DNA from: Owenia fusiformis
Lineage: Eukaryota
DNA: 64,000 bases
Assembly: GCA_903813345.2 (NCBI GenBank)
Contig: CAIIXF020000001.1
Span: 35,464,001 to 35,528,000 of the forward strand
Direction of reading: 5' to 3'
The notes beneath the pieces were generated by a model. That model did no database searches. It was not told where the DNA came from and saw nothing but the letters and a program-made list of their open reading frames with translations. The translations under genes and the position numbers were made by a program. The first letter of the stretch is position 1. Each line of letters begins with the position of its first letter. This document shows, piece by piece, positions 30,501-61,986 of the stretch.

Positions 30501-33500
30501 AAAAGCTACACATTTGAGTTGCCATATTCCATTTTATTTTATTTCAAGGTTTTGGGTGAGGGGGGGGGGGTTGGAGAGAGAGAGCCTGAATTTCATTGGT
30601 TGACCAATTTTGAAATAAGATCACTGTAAGAAGGATAAATATGATTTCAGTCTTAAAACTATTTGCAGTCTTTAATGAATAGAAATAATATTCCTATGTC
30701 TTTGCTGCAAAGTGTATCTCCAATATACCATAAGTTGTTTTATTTTCAGACATGGAAGGTCACATAAGATCAACCCTACTAGTGTGAACTACAGGGCCAA
30801 TATCTGTGCCTTAAAGATGGAGGGTTGTACCCATTGCATTGTTACTACAGCCTGTGGGTCACTCCAGGAAGGCATACACCCAGGCGATATTGTCTTTCTC
30901 GACCAATTCATTGATAGGTATTACACTCATTCTCCTAGAAATTCAAATTCAATACTGAATAACCATATTCAGGTTATTAAATAGAATAATGACTTTTATC
31001 CCATACTTGGACGTGTTACGGGTACATAAAGCCGGTTTGTAAAAACTTATGTTTTCATCAGCGGGCAGATATAGCTTTACGTCCCGCTCCGAGCGGGCAG
31101 ATATACTATATCTGCCCGCTACGTCATAATCGCTGTTCCCGAATTGGTTCTTTTTTGTAATGTTCGCATACTGTAAACGACAATGGAGAAAAACGCAGAC
31201 AATCTCGACCTGTTTGATGCTTTAAAGAAGGGAAGGAGCAGTGTACCGGCGTTAATAATCAAAGATTTGAATAGGAAAAGAAACAGAATACAAAACTGGA
31301 CATGAATATTTTAAGAATATTCCACGGTTGGTTGCAAAGTTTCTGAACTTTGGCAAATTGAACAATGTGATTGGTATGGGATAAACAGATCATCCTATAG
31401 TCGGTTCAGGATACTGGGATTATCCCTTGGCCAATATAATATATCTACCCTCGGGACCTACGGCCCTCGGGCAGATATATTATATTGGCCTCGGGATAAT
31501 CCCAATATCCTGAACCTCATATAGGATAATCTCTATTTATTCCATAATACTACTGTTTTCCAAGGGAAATATGAAGGAATAAAAATCGTTTTGAATCGTA
31601 TTACATGAAAAAATCGTATTGTCCCTGGGAAAAAATCGTATTGGAGCGTATTACATGGAAAAATCGTATTGTCCCTGGGAAAAAATCGTATTGAAACGTA
31701 TTAACCTTTTTTTGGTTTCCCGGTTATTTTTAACCTTGGCTAATTGATAAAAGCATTATCCAAATGTAAAATTTTAGAGGAATGTATTATGGAATAAATA
31801 GGTTATTTCTGGTCAGGATTGAATATGGGTTTTATTCCTCGGAAGAAATGATATTGACCTTGGGAAATATGATATTGACCGAGAGAGCGCAGCGACTGAG
31901 TGTCAATATTCAATCCCTCCCAGTAAATAATCGATATTTATTGGGTCTTTTTAGGCCATTTTAGGGCCTGTAATGATACTGTTAATAAAAGTCATATACG
32001 TGGAATTTATTTGAAAACAGACATTTCATAGTAATAAGTAAAAAATCATTTGAAGTTGAAATCTTGCTGACCAGGCTTATCTGGTACAATTTCAGGACTC
32101 AAAAGCGCACACAGACATTCTTTGATTGCAGTGAAACTGGGATGAAAGGAGTATGTCATATACCAATGCATACACCTTTCTGTGATGATTCAGTACAGGT
32201 AATATATCACATGTGCTATGATAATCTAAGATTATTAAGACCATAAAGGTATATAGTAGGTATATGATCATGGTGTATAAATCCATTAGTAAATCAAACA
32301 AATATATGCTTGATTGTAGGATAATTCATCCATTTTGACAGTACAAGTATAAATAGTTGTATCAAAAATGAAAAGCCATATCTTCTACAAAAAATGTTAC
32401 ACAAAGAAATTACCTTTACCTTATAGTTAATTCGCAAGCTGTATTCTTCACTTGAAATTTGTCACCCAACCATAATATTGATGTCTAATACTTGATCTTA
32501 CAATGCAAGAAATGTAAAAATTGTTTTCCAATGAAAAGCTGTTTTCAGTTTTGCGAAGGGGAACTTGCTTCTCATACAATATACATACAGCGTACATCCA
32601 ATCATCTATGTGCAAATTCAAGGCTTAAAAATGAAACTCTTCAATCAAGCTGCCATCTTTCCTTATCTGGCATGAATTAATTTGTTTGCAGATTCTAATA
32701 AATTCAGCCAAGGCCATAGGTCTTAACCATCATCCCACAGGTACAATGCTGACAATTGAAGGACCAAGATTCTCTTCAAAAGCAGAAAGTGTATTGTGGC
32801 ATCAATGGGGGGCTCATTGTGTAAATATGTCTACAGTTCCAGAGGTAAGTAATAAGTATTCCATTATTATGACACCATGGCAACTAAAAGTCATAATTGA
32901 GATTATTTGTTGTTTCTATAACAATTAATGCTTTTGTTTACTTTTGTTGTTATGCCCTTTGTTTGTGATTTCCTATGATGTCACACTATACTAATGGTGT
33001 ATAGCAACAATCAGAATTTTAACAGTTTACAAACAAGTTTTTCAAAATTTTATACATATTTTATAAATATTTATAATGCTGAACATTTTTTGACCTCTGA
33101 TTATGGATAGTGTGAAGATAAAAGAAATGAGCAAAGTGGACAAAGTTAAAATAGCAGAGAATTGCGCAGAAAATGGCAACAAATCAGCCAAGAAAATAGA
33201 AATAATGGGAGAACAAAAAATTCAGACAGGCTCTGGAGATGGTATGGATGTACTTCAACGATTGATGAATTCCATACCAAAATCAACACCGGGGACTTTA
33301 CCTCAGAACTCTCTCAAGTCAGGTACCTGGAAGAATCATGAAAACAGAGAAAACAACAAAGTGAACAGACAAGCCAGTTGTTTTGCAGATTCTATAATGA
33401 AACTGTTTGATAAAAACTTGAATATGAACACAACAAATACTTTTATTTCAAAATGTGGTACATCTGATAGCACAACACAATCCAGCCAGTTACAACCCAT

Positions 33501-36500
33501 GCTGAAATCTATGTCAGCAGCCCAAATGCCATTGATAAAGCTAATGCCATCACCAGCACAAAGTGTCTCTAAGGTTGCATCAACATCTCCTGAATCGAGG
33601 GTGAACCAACATCCTTCAGTCATGCGTACTGCTAGTTGTAATAATAACACTAGCTCATTGCTGAAATCTAGCATCAACATTCACTCAAGACAAACTGCTA
33701 GCATAAATGTATCTAAACCAATCTTGACTATTAAACTTGATAATAGTACAAGAAGAGACTGCCAAGAGACTACTGGGGAAGATGGTTGTAGACATAATCT
33801 TTATACTGGAGGTACACCATCTTCACACAAGGATGACATGAATACCCTACCTGGTACTGACTTAGCCTACCGTACCCCTGGAGCCAGTAAAAAGAACCGC
33901 AGTGGCAATATCAAGCGTCCTATGAATGCATTCATGGTGTGGGCACGTATGTATCGACCTCTTTTAGCAGCACAGTTCCCTACATCTAACAATTCAGATA
34001 TCAGCGTAAGGTTGGGGACAGTATGGAATGAAATGACGGATGAGGAAAAGAAGCCATTTTATGATGAGTCGGAACGAATCAAGCATCAGCATAAGATAGA
34101 TTATCCAGGTTGGGTGTATAAACCACAACCTACTAAGAGACGACAGTGTGATTATGGAACTGGTTCATGGCCAAGAATCAATCTTCCCTCTAACTCCATG
34201 CAATCTTACCAATCTACCTCACCTCTTATTAACAGCCCTCTGAAACCCAGACCCATCATGGCCAAGCCATATGACATTGTGAAAGAAAGCCCGAAACTGC
34301 AATATACTCTTGTGACATCATCAAATAAAGAAGCCGCTAGTGGGTTCTCTGGAGGTAGTTGTTCAATGCCGATTCACAAGGTCTCTGCCCTGGGAAGACC
34401 ACCCTCCATATCAGTCCGAACCACTGCTACAGAATGTACGAATGCTTTTGCTCCTGTGCCACATGTGAAGTTGGAGAGAGTTGATACAATCGTAGACAGT
34501 GAAGTAACCTCTGCTGTAGCATCACTGAAAAAATCTCAATCCGAAGATGATCTTTGGCTCTTTCCTTTTCCATCCCTGCCCCATGTGCCTTATATCCAGG
34601 ACATCGATGCACCATTAGCCAATAGCAAGGCGGAAAGCAAGAAACTAAATTTTGCAACAAAAATCAAGAAAGAGAAAACATCGGATAGTGTTTCAAACAC
34701 AATGATCCAACTTGGTGACACTTTAACAAGCATATCTGGTGAATCCCTAACAGACTCAAATGACCCATTTTACTTTGATATGAACTTTGTGGAACTTGCA
34801 ATGCAGGATAATGCCCCCTCCTCTGATATCATTGACATTGAGAAGTGGGAGCGCTACATGAACAGCACATCTCCAGGTAGTGAGATTGAGAAAGCATTTG
34901 GAATCATGGACAAAGACCAACAAAATGTGATAAATAATCAACAGAAGTCTGAAAAACTTGACACTAAACCATCAAAGCAAAGGAGAACAGTAAAACGCAA
35001 TAGTAGCACTTGTATCAGTAGCATGAAAGTTGATAAAACTGATAGCAAAAGAACAAAATATAGTAAGAAAAGTGATCTAAACATGAGCAAAGCCAGCTCT
35101 TGCAAGTCAAAGGGTAGTGCTCAAAATGTACATAGAACTGAATAAACAAAAGCTGAAAAGTAAAGACAGATCAGTTACAAGGACTTGCATTAAGCATTTT
35201 ATATTGACTTTTTTAAAACAATTTTATTATTTTAACATTTTGTAGCATTATTTTAAAATGTATTCTAAATTATCAGATTATACTTTACTTGTTCTGATCA
35301 CTGAATAAAATAAACTATTTTTTCATGTACACATGCACTCAACTTTTGTTACCTTTCTATATCAATTAGACCATGGTATTATGAGTGGTAAATGGGAATC
35401 CTGGTGATATAGTTCTTGCAGCCTCACAAGGACGATGTATTTTATTTACTATCAACTTTCATATATCATCCTAGGGCTAATCTATTCTAAAAAGTTTTTT
35501 ATTTATAACAGCAGACAACATCTATTCATAGCCAGACCCAAAACCACTTGACAAATGCTCAGAATGGTGAAAAATTGCATGATTTTGAAAAGGATTTTTG
35601 GCCAGGCCAGGTCCCGAATCCCCCTGGCTACAGGCCTGATAGCACAGAGCTGAAGTTAAAGGTCTGATTTACGGGTCTTTATTATTGCTGACCAATGAGG
35701 GGATTGTATCATTTTAGTCTTATAAAATGTTTCTACTTTATAGGTTGTGCTAGCCAAGGAGGCAGGCCTTTCTTATGCTGCTATTGCTCTAGTGACAGAC
35801 TATGACAGCTGGCATGAGTCTAAAGAACCAGTGAGTATGATCAGTCCCCAACCATATGCATGTCTTCTATAATTATAGGATATCCTATGATTTTGAGGAA
35901 TATCATTTTTATCTACGAGGTGATATTGATATCTGCACGAGAGAGCGAAGCGAACGAGTGCATATATCAATATCACCGAGTAGATTAAAATGATATTCTG
36001 AAAAAAATCATAGGATGTTCTTATTATCCTACACTTACAAGGAGTGTACTGAATGTATAATATCACTGTAAAATGAATTTCATGCCAAATAGAGTCCATT
36101 TGGCGGGAAATCAACAAGCGGAGTATATCGTCACAATATCCTCCGCATATTGGATTTTCCGGAGTATATCGTCACGATATCCTCCGCCCGGAGTATATCG
36201 TTACGATATCCTCCGGATATTCATTTTGCCAAAAAATATCAAATTTATTTTTTCATGTTATTATACATTTGGTACACTAAGTGTAGGATAATATAAATTA
36301 TTCCTTATAGTCACTGTGCTTTGTTATCCTATCAAAGAAAAGTTGGATGGATATGGAGAATGCCCTCTTCCCTCTGTCCATCATTTCAGATGGTATTCAA
36401 ATACTGATCGTCTGATTTTTAATCATGCACATATTTCATTCTAATACTAAATGCTTTATGGCTACCGGTATATGTAAATCCTGCTCAAAAGTGTATTTTA

Positions 36501-37552
36501 CTGCAGTAGAAGTTCTTTTGTTTTAGGCTTATTCAAATACAGATGATGTAGCAAACTCGACAATGATAGAATAATCGTTATTCTGTGATTCAAGTAAAAT
36601 ACAGAAAGTATTGTACCTGATAAAGTCTGCATTTCACAACTGAAATGCATCTTCAAAAGGGCACAATATTTCTGTATTTTATGAGAAATCACTAAGTATA
36701 GGTTTTATCTTTTCCTTAGAAAATGATGAGTTTGATGTTACAGCATGGTACAGTAATACAGTAATGTCAGAGTGCTGTTCAGTGCTGTATCTCATGACGT
36801 GAAAATGCAGGATATAATATTTGAACGTCACATTGGCCAATCAGATCATAGAAACATGTTCATTGAATGAATGAATAATGTATACATTGGTTCTCTGATA
36901 ACTTGTGTGTAGCATTTGCCACATTGATTTCAGGTAAATGTTGAGAATGTACTGAAGACATTCAAGCAGAATGCAAAACAGGCTTGTGATTTAATACTTC
37001 ACGCCATTCCAAAGTTTGCTCAGAAAGATTGGACGGATATTGTTAAGGCTAACAAGGTAAGCATAGTGAATTCTCGGTACCCTATAACACACCTATGAAG
37101 TCATTCCTCTTTGAAAGCTTATGTACAAGCAATATGGGTAATATGTTTACAATAGTGAACCTTTATTTTAATCATATTCAATTAATGAAATAAATTGAAC
37201 ATCTATAAATAAACAATTATATTGATTGGTTCATTTCTTATTGTTATAAGTGTATCTACATGTTTTCTTGTACCAAAATTATGAAATCTATAGCTTTTTG
37301 CATGCATATATAAAACTACTATTGCAAATTACATTACTGTTATGATAAATAATTGACCAATCCTTCCCTTACCTTATATTCATTCCTTATGAGATGGCAA
37401 AATAAGCCTAATCACATACAGTATTATATATACTGTACCAGCATTTAGGAGATGCACTAAGATGCAAAATATCCCAATTTAAGTACTCACCTTATGCTTC
37501 ACCTGTTTTTCAGGACTTAGTGGAAGGCTCTATAATGCCTGGGACGAAGTAG
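24587..37552 (+). CDS. MTAP: S-methyl-5'-thioadenosine phosphorylase, 277 aa. Exons 24587-24601, 28463-28549, 29025-29083, 30750-30917, 32096-32198, 32692-32844, 35744-35830, 36934-37056, 37514-37552
   Basis: [59 protein letters not shown]...NYRANI...TACGSL...DQFIDR...[12 protein letters not shown]...[15 protein letters not shown]...VTDYDSW; 834 nt in frame, ending in TAG. Confidence 0.96.
24920..25044. repeat. Inverted repeat with about 26-bp arms in MTAP intron 1
   Basis: GAGGATTGACTCCCAGAATGCAACAT / ATGTTGCATTCTGGGAGCCAATCCTC. Confidence 0.75.
25398..27295. mobile_element. Cluster of nested MITEs in MTAP intron 1: about 80-bp palindrome 26193-26272, TTAA-flanked element about 26273-26951, Kolobok-like fragment ending 26588, 5' half of a HINE at 27101-27295
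   Basis: Repeated TTTGGAACTACTTTGAATT..AAAAATAAGCAATCAAA arms in both orientations, split at TTAA by AGGCCCACT...AGTTGGCC; sequence shared with the 53313-54461 and 9874-10862 families. Confidence 0.6.
29307..30296. mobile_element. 990-bp foldback element with very long inverted arms, CAC...GTG ends and a 5-bp TSD (Transib-like, tentative)
   Basis: Arms about 29307-29796 and 29831-30296 are near-perfect reverse complements; ATTAT flanks both ends (29302-29306, 30297-30301). Confidence 0.8.
30975..31540. mobile_element. Hairpin-terminated non-autonomous element (Crypton-like, tentative)
   Basis: Long terminal hairpin (about 31395-31530) centred on CCCTCGGGACCTACGGCCCTCGGG, plus inner IR TTTATCCCATAC/GTATGGGATAAA; no TSD seen. 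Confidence 0.5.
31581..31702 (+). repeat. Short tandem repeat (AAAAATCGTATT-based, about 50-bp higher-order period)
   Basis: AAAAATCGTATTGTCCCTGGGAAAAAATCGTATTG occurs twice, plus partial units. Confidence 0.7.
32871..33102 (+). promoter_or_regulatory. Candidate compact promoter of the nested Sox gene
   Basis: RFX-like GACACCATGGCAAC 32871-32884 and TGGTGTATAGCAAC 32995-33008, CRE-like TGATGTCA 32976-32983, AACAAT at 32920 and 33006, TATAAA 33062-33067. These are motif matches only. Confidence 0.4.
33103..35145 (+). CDS. SoxH: Intronless SoxH/Sox30-like HMG-box transcription factor (680 aa) nested in MTAP intron 6
   Basis: 2043-nt ORF with an in-frame TGA 12 nt upstream. HMG box 33910-34125 ([72 protein letters not shown]) carries Sox30-like NNxxISVxLG and PGWVY. 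AATAAA at 35141 and 35304. Confidence 0.9.
   Translation: MDSVKIKEMSKVDKVKIAENCAENGNKSAKKIEIMGEQKIQTGSGDGMDVLQRLMNSIPKSTPGTLPQNSLKSGTWKNHENRENNKVNRQASCFADSIMKLFDKNLNMNTTNTFISKCGTSDSTTQSSQLQPMLKSMSAAQMPLIKLMPSPAQSVSKVASTSPESRVNQHPSVMRTASCNNNTSSLLKSSINIHSRQTASINVSKPILTIKLDNSTRRDCQETTGEDGCRHNLYTGGTPSSHKDDMNTLPGTDLAYRTPGASKKNRSGNIKRPMNAFMVWARMYRPLLAAQFPTSNNSDISVRLGTVWNEMTDEEKKPFYDESERIKHQHKIDYPGWVYKPQPTKRRQCDYGTGSWPRINLPSNSMQSYQSTSPLINSPLKPRPIMAKPYDIVKESPKLQYTLVTSSNKEAASGFSGGSCSMPIHKVSALGRPPSISVRTTATECTNAFAPVPHVKLERVDTIVDSEVTSAVASLKKSQSEDDLWLFPFPSLPHVPYIQDIDAPLANSKAESKKLNFATKIKKEKTSDSVSNTMIQLGDTLTSISGESLTDSNDPFYFDMNFVELAMQDNAPSSDIIDIEKWERYMNSTSPGSEIEKAFGIMDKDQQNVINNQQKSEKLDTKPSKQRRTVKRNSSTCISSMKVDKTDSKRTKYSKKSDLNMSKASSCKSKGSAQNVHRTE
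35868..36295. mobile_element. Hairpin-terminated non-autonomous element with the same architecture as 30975-31540
   Basis: Long hairpin (about 35875-36018) centred on GAGAGCGAAGCGAACGAG, IR TATTATCCTACACTTA/TAAGTGTAGGATAATA, three CGGAGTATATCG..ATATCCTCCG units at 36118-36215. Confidence 0.55.
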
Positions 37553-38369
37553 CAATCTTCAACAGACCAACAAAGCAGTAGAGAATAGAAACCTAACCAG
37601 CTTAATTCTAAACATAGGACACTGGGAATGAGATATTAAATGTGTACGTCTTATTCAGGATGCCCTAATCTAATCAAGTGTATGTTAATACAGTAGAATC
37701 AGAGTTCGTTCACAGAAACTGACAAAAAGCTCAATTAGACTATAATTTGCTGGTTGCTTGGCACATTTTGCACAAGCTTGTAGATTCTTCCATTTTCTAG
37801 AATGATTCTCCTGGACTCACCAGCCATGTTGAAAATAACAAGGCAATGAATATTGATATAAAGATAAAATGTTCTCGCCATTAGAAATCTCGCTAAAGAT
37901 TTAGACTACAAGACAATCCTCTCACATTAACTTCAGTCAGACCTGTGTTAGTGAAATGTGTTTGGTTCCACTAAGAGGTGTTCCATTTGAGGTTTTACTG
38001 TAGTTCTACTCAGTTATGCCTCAAAGATGGCAGCTGCATTACAGTATCACACAATGAATGAAAAATATCTTTAGGACATTCCTTTTGATTAAGGAACTAT
38101 CTTTGTCAGGGGATTTAGATTCAATGTCTTCAAGCATGGATTACAAGATGTGGCTAACCTGCAATAGAGAACTGTGAAATAACTACTGCAATAAACAACT
38201 TTGGTGGTGGATGATAGAGGTTAAATGTGCACAATATTGAGTATTACTTTCGAGTATTTTTTTCTAGCAATTTTATTCTTATATTTTTGATGAATAATAA
38301 TATACTATACTGTATTTGCCATGAACTTGGCACTTTTGTTCTGGTATTTGGTGAATAAAAGTACATGCA

Positions 38370-38886
38370 CAGGGTGACTCAAAAACCATTACACAATAAT
38401 TTTTTAATAACTTCAAATACTGATGGTATCTGGGATTTTGTGGAGATTAGTGGTGACATACTTTTTTGTGGCCAGTGTTCAGCATCTGTAACAAATTGCA
38501 TGTTAATGCCTTGTCTGAAATTGGGATATGTCCCAGCCATTACTTAAATCATTTCTGGATTGCTTTCACATATATTATAAATAATTACTAAACATCTACC
38601 CATTTTTCTAGAATAACTTTGTTAAATTTTTTTTTTTTTTTTAAATATGATGAACTGACTAGCTTATTAAGTAAATTTTAAGAAAGACAGATTTCCTAAT
38701 TTACAATTTTGAGTGATCTGGCGTCAGAGCATACCACTATGGAAAATATGATATCTCTAAATCTAAGTTGTTGATGCAAGTACACCAATGTTTCATGCAT
38801 TGAACATTATCTACACATAAACTATGAAGATTCCTTCTTAATTGAGTTATTCCAAAACTACAGGGTAACATTTTTGGGACACCCTG
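38370..38886. mobile_element. Tc1/mariner-type MITE between the MTAP and COPA 3' ends
   Basis: CAGGGTGACTCAAAAA ... TTTTTGGGACACCCTG|TA termini. Confidence 0.6.
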
Positions 38887-39715
38887 TACATGTATTGTTG
38901 ACAAAAAACATTAAGAGTTCAGCTAAAAATTGAATCAGAACTGCGATACTTCTGTTACTATTTAGACCATGTTGTTGAACAACATAAAATACATGTACGT
39001 TAAATAATATGAAACAAGGCATACCATGCAAAATGTCACTACCTGCCATTTGTTACAGATGCCAAATATCATCCCCTGAAAATCAACCACAAATCGCCAA
39101 ACACCGTCCACGAAAAAGTTGGAAACTAATTATATCTCACTTCTTGTGGTGGTGACATAATAACAAATTCAGAAATATAACATTCAGTTTGTTAGCGTCA
39201 TAATATCTTTATTAATCCCTTATTTGTACATCATTAAATTTAAGAAGCTTTTTAAAAGCTTGCAAAATATTTTAAAAATTAACTTTTAAAATTTATTTTT
39301 CAAACAATACACCTGTCTATTGAAATGCAACCAATATTGCACATTTTTCTCTAATATAGCTAGCTATTAGACTGGAACATTTCAGACTGAAAGTGATTGA
39401 ATCTAACATGAACTTCCAAAAAATTGAAATGTTTCTAATGGAACGTGTGTTCAAGGTTTGACTTCTTCACATAATAAGTCCTTAGTACAGAATTTAATTC
39501 TTCATTTTCAGACCAATACACAAATAGAATATGACAAGTCTGTTCTATTGGAGATACTATTCCTTAAACTCGACTCATGAAATATCACAGCATATTTTCG
39601 CTGATCACAACTTATTATCCAATGTTGAATGGAATATGAGATTTTCTATAGTCCCCGGGATAATGAACCTCTTTTCATAAATTATAAAATATATCTATCT
39701 GTCTCTATTGGTAGA

Positions 39716-59514
<19,799 letters not shown>

Positions 59515-60327
59515 TGCAGATCATGTATTTTGTTATAAATAAGAGACTAATCGGCAACTCGAAAAGTGCCAACGAAAACCTCCAACGTGGAATATATAAA
59601 TATGGAAGATGATGTACTAAATAATCGATCGTATAGTTCGTTTTTTTATGAGATTTTTTTTCATTTTGAAAGTATTTGATATTAAATTGCAAGTGTGTAA
59701 TTGATCATCAAATAACATTACAATAACTAAAGAAATTATGATCATGAAATTATCAGCACTTGGGCTATATTTGATATACATAAGCTGATCCCAGGAAGCT
59801 GATTTAAATGAATAAAGCCATATTTACGTTCGTCGATTTACTGTATTACTAAATACGAACATTTGGGAACTAAATGCACGAATGAAAATGTATTCTTTTT
59901 TATTAATGCAAGTTTAATTTTTTTAATACGGTAATTTCTGGCTAATATAATATACATTGCATTAGATTTAAATTTGAAAAACATATTTTAATATGTGAAG
60001 TGGAAGTGTATTTTTGGAAAAGAAAAAAACATTGTAAAAGTTTGAGACATCAATTTTTTGACTTTTAAACATTTGAAATCTCTCTAATAATCAATTTTGT
60101 TTGAATAAACAAGGATATTTTCATTATCTACACATGGATATATTATTTTTATAACTGAACTTTTAATTAAGTACATTATTCAGAAGATTTGTCAGATCTT
60201 TACCTCTGAGCCCGTGGATCAACTGGAATCATGAACTTCTAGTTCTCTATTTCCGAGTCTACACCAAACAGTAAATACAGATTCGTTACATTGACAACAA
60301 AACTGGATTTTATCATTGAGTAATAAA
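59515..60327. promoter_or_regulatory. Putative bidirectional promoter and 5' UTRs between COPA (-) and DGCR6-like (+)
   Basis: 813 nt between divergent ATGs (59514 and 60328). Confidence 0.55.
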
Positions 60328-60473
60328 ATGTCCAACACAGCAGAATATGTGCCAACTGTAGGAGAGGGTGTCTTGCAAGCTGTTCGTGGGGAGTTGGCGA
60401 AAAAAGAGCAGGTTCAGAAGAAACATTACTTCATGTTAAATGAACTTCAAAAAATGGCAAGGGAGCTACCTAT
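60328..60473 (+). CDS. DGCR6: First coding exon of a DGCR6/gonadal (gdl)-family gene; the rest appears to lie beyond the window
   Basis: MSNTAEYVPTVGEGVLQAVRGELAKKEQVQKKHYFMLNELQKMARELP then AT|gtaagc; matches the remembered family N-terminal motif (Q.(R/K)HY.LL..LQ....ELP). Not in the ORF track. Confidence 0.72.
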
Positions 60474-61388
60474 GTAAGCACTGTGAACAATAGTTCTTAT
60501 TATCATATGCATGCTTCATCTAATCGGGAATCCCCGGGTAGGGAATGTAGGCTATATCCAATAGACTGAATATCTTGAGAATTAACTATTGATCATCATG
60601 CCCCTCCTGTGGAAAAAACAGGAAATTTTCTGCACAAAATTATCAATTTTAGGAAGCTTCACTTCCCAAAAATAAACATTAAAGATAAAACAGAAATTCT
60701 AGTGACGAGTTCATATGGTTAAAATAACGAAATAATGAAATGTAACCATGTGTCTACTTATCAGTTTGTTCTATGTCTTTCATCCTGCTAGATTACATTG
60801 TGGAACTCAGCCAAACACGACACTGAAGGCAGTATTTTGAGGTTATAAAATCTAAATCTAAAAATTTCCGATTTGCAGCCCCTTAGAGATTTCCAGAATT
60901 GAACAAAGTAGCGAACGTTGCGATCTTTCAACTTTAGTTCGTTGTTTTTCACTACTCTATGTGTAGTTTTTCATTTTAGGAGGCGGTCTTATTTGAATGC
61001 ATCATTCATTTCAGGTCTTTATGAATCAATAGATCAATAAGCAGACTAAAAATTCAAATTTAGCAGTTTCGTTCGTGTCGTACTGGGCCTGTTAGGCACG
61101 AAAAACAATTTAGCAGTTTCGTTCGTCGCGTAATTGGGCCTTCTATAATCAGTAGCAAATGCTCGCAAAACATTTTCCAAAATATTTACTTCCGTTTTCC
61201 TTGAAGACATAGTTGGGTGACACGTCATTGACACGTCATTAAGTCACATGATCGATACAGTAACTAGTCACGTGATCAGACACATGTCAGTCATGTGAGC
61301 TTGCAAAATGGACGATCTAAATTTCCAACAATTCTGCTAAGATCAGTATCGATATGTTGTTTCAACATTTGCTGTTCCCTAACTAGTT

Positions 61389-61588
61389 CAGTGATCTCCG
61401 CAGGATTTTTCTCAAGTGGGTGCAAAATTCTCATTTTCACAATCAGATCAAAATTGGTCAAAATATGCCAATTCTTCTCATTTTCTAGTGGATGCAAATT
61501 GATTTTCAGGTGGGTGCAAGCGGCAGCCTATTTTCAAAATCTCAGGTGGTTGCTGCGCCCACTTGCTTTAATGCTCGGGAGATCACTG
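61389..61588. mobile_element. CAGTG...CACTG MITE with an apparent 5-bp TSD (hAT-like)
   Basis: TAGTT|CAGTGATCTCC ... GGAGATCACTG|TAGTT. Confidence 0.75.
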
Positions 61589-61986
61589 TAGTTACTTTGA
61601 AGTAACATCAAAATAAAAGAATGAAGGAACTGCCTGTGTTCAAGTTTGGTAAGATTTTTTGTTCTCTTGATTTGAACCTACTAGTCGAGTCGCATATTAT
61701 TATTAGATTTGGCTCAGATTTAGAGAATTGTGATACATTCATTTTGAAATAAGTAGATGCACTTAACTAGTGGACTAACATTGATGTAGCAAAAGCGAGG
61801 GACTTACTAAATAATTTGCGGCTTCATTTTAAAACCATATTCCCAACTTTGTGTATATTTTTAACAAGATTACTGTACAACTCCTTTCACGATTTTTAAT
61901 TTTGTGAATTTTAGCAATCACAATTTCATGGCTACTAATTTTGCAGATTTTAGAAGTTTTAATTTTATTATTGTCTGAATCCTTAA

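Noticed and set aside
32844..33111. MTAP-Sox fusion protein by splicing exon 6 into the Sox ORF
   Set aside because: An in-frame TGA sits at 33091-33093, and the nearby acceptors checked (33025, 33110) give the wrong phase for the phase-0 donor.
33336..34941. Antisense ORFs overlapping the Sox gene
   Set aside because: Short shadow frames of a real CDS with no recognisable motifs.
35146..35400. Retrocopy hallmarks (poly-A tail, TSD) for the Sox gene
   Set aside because: No A-tract or flanking duplication is visible; retroposition is inferred only from the lack of introns.
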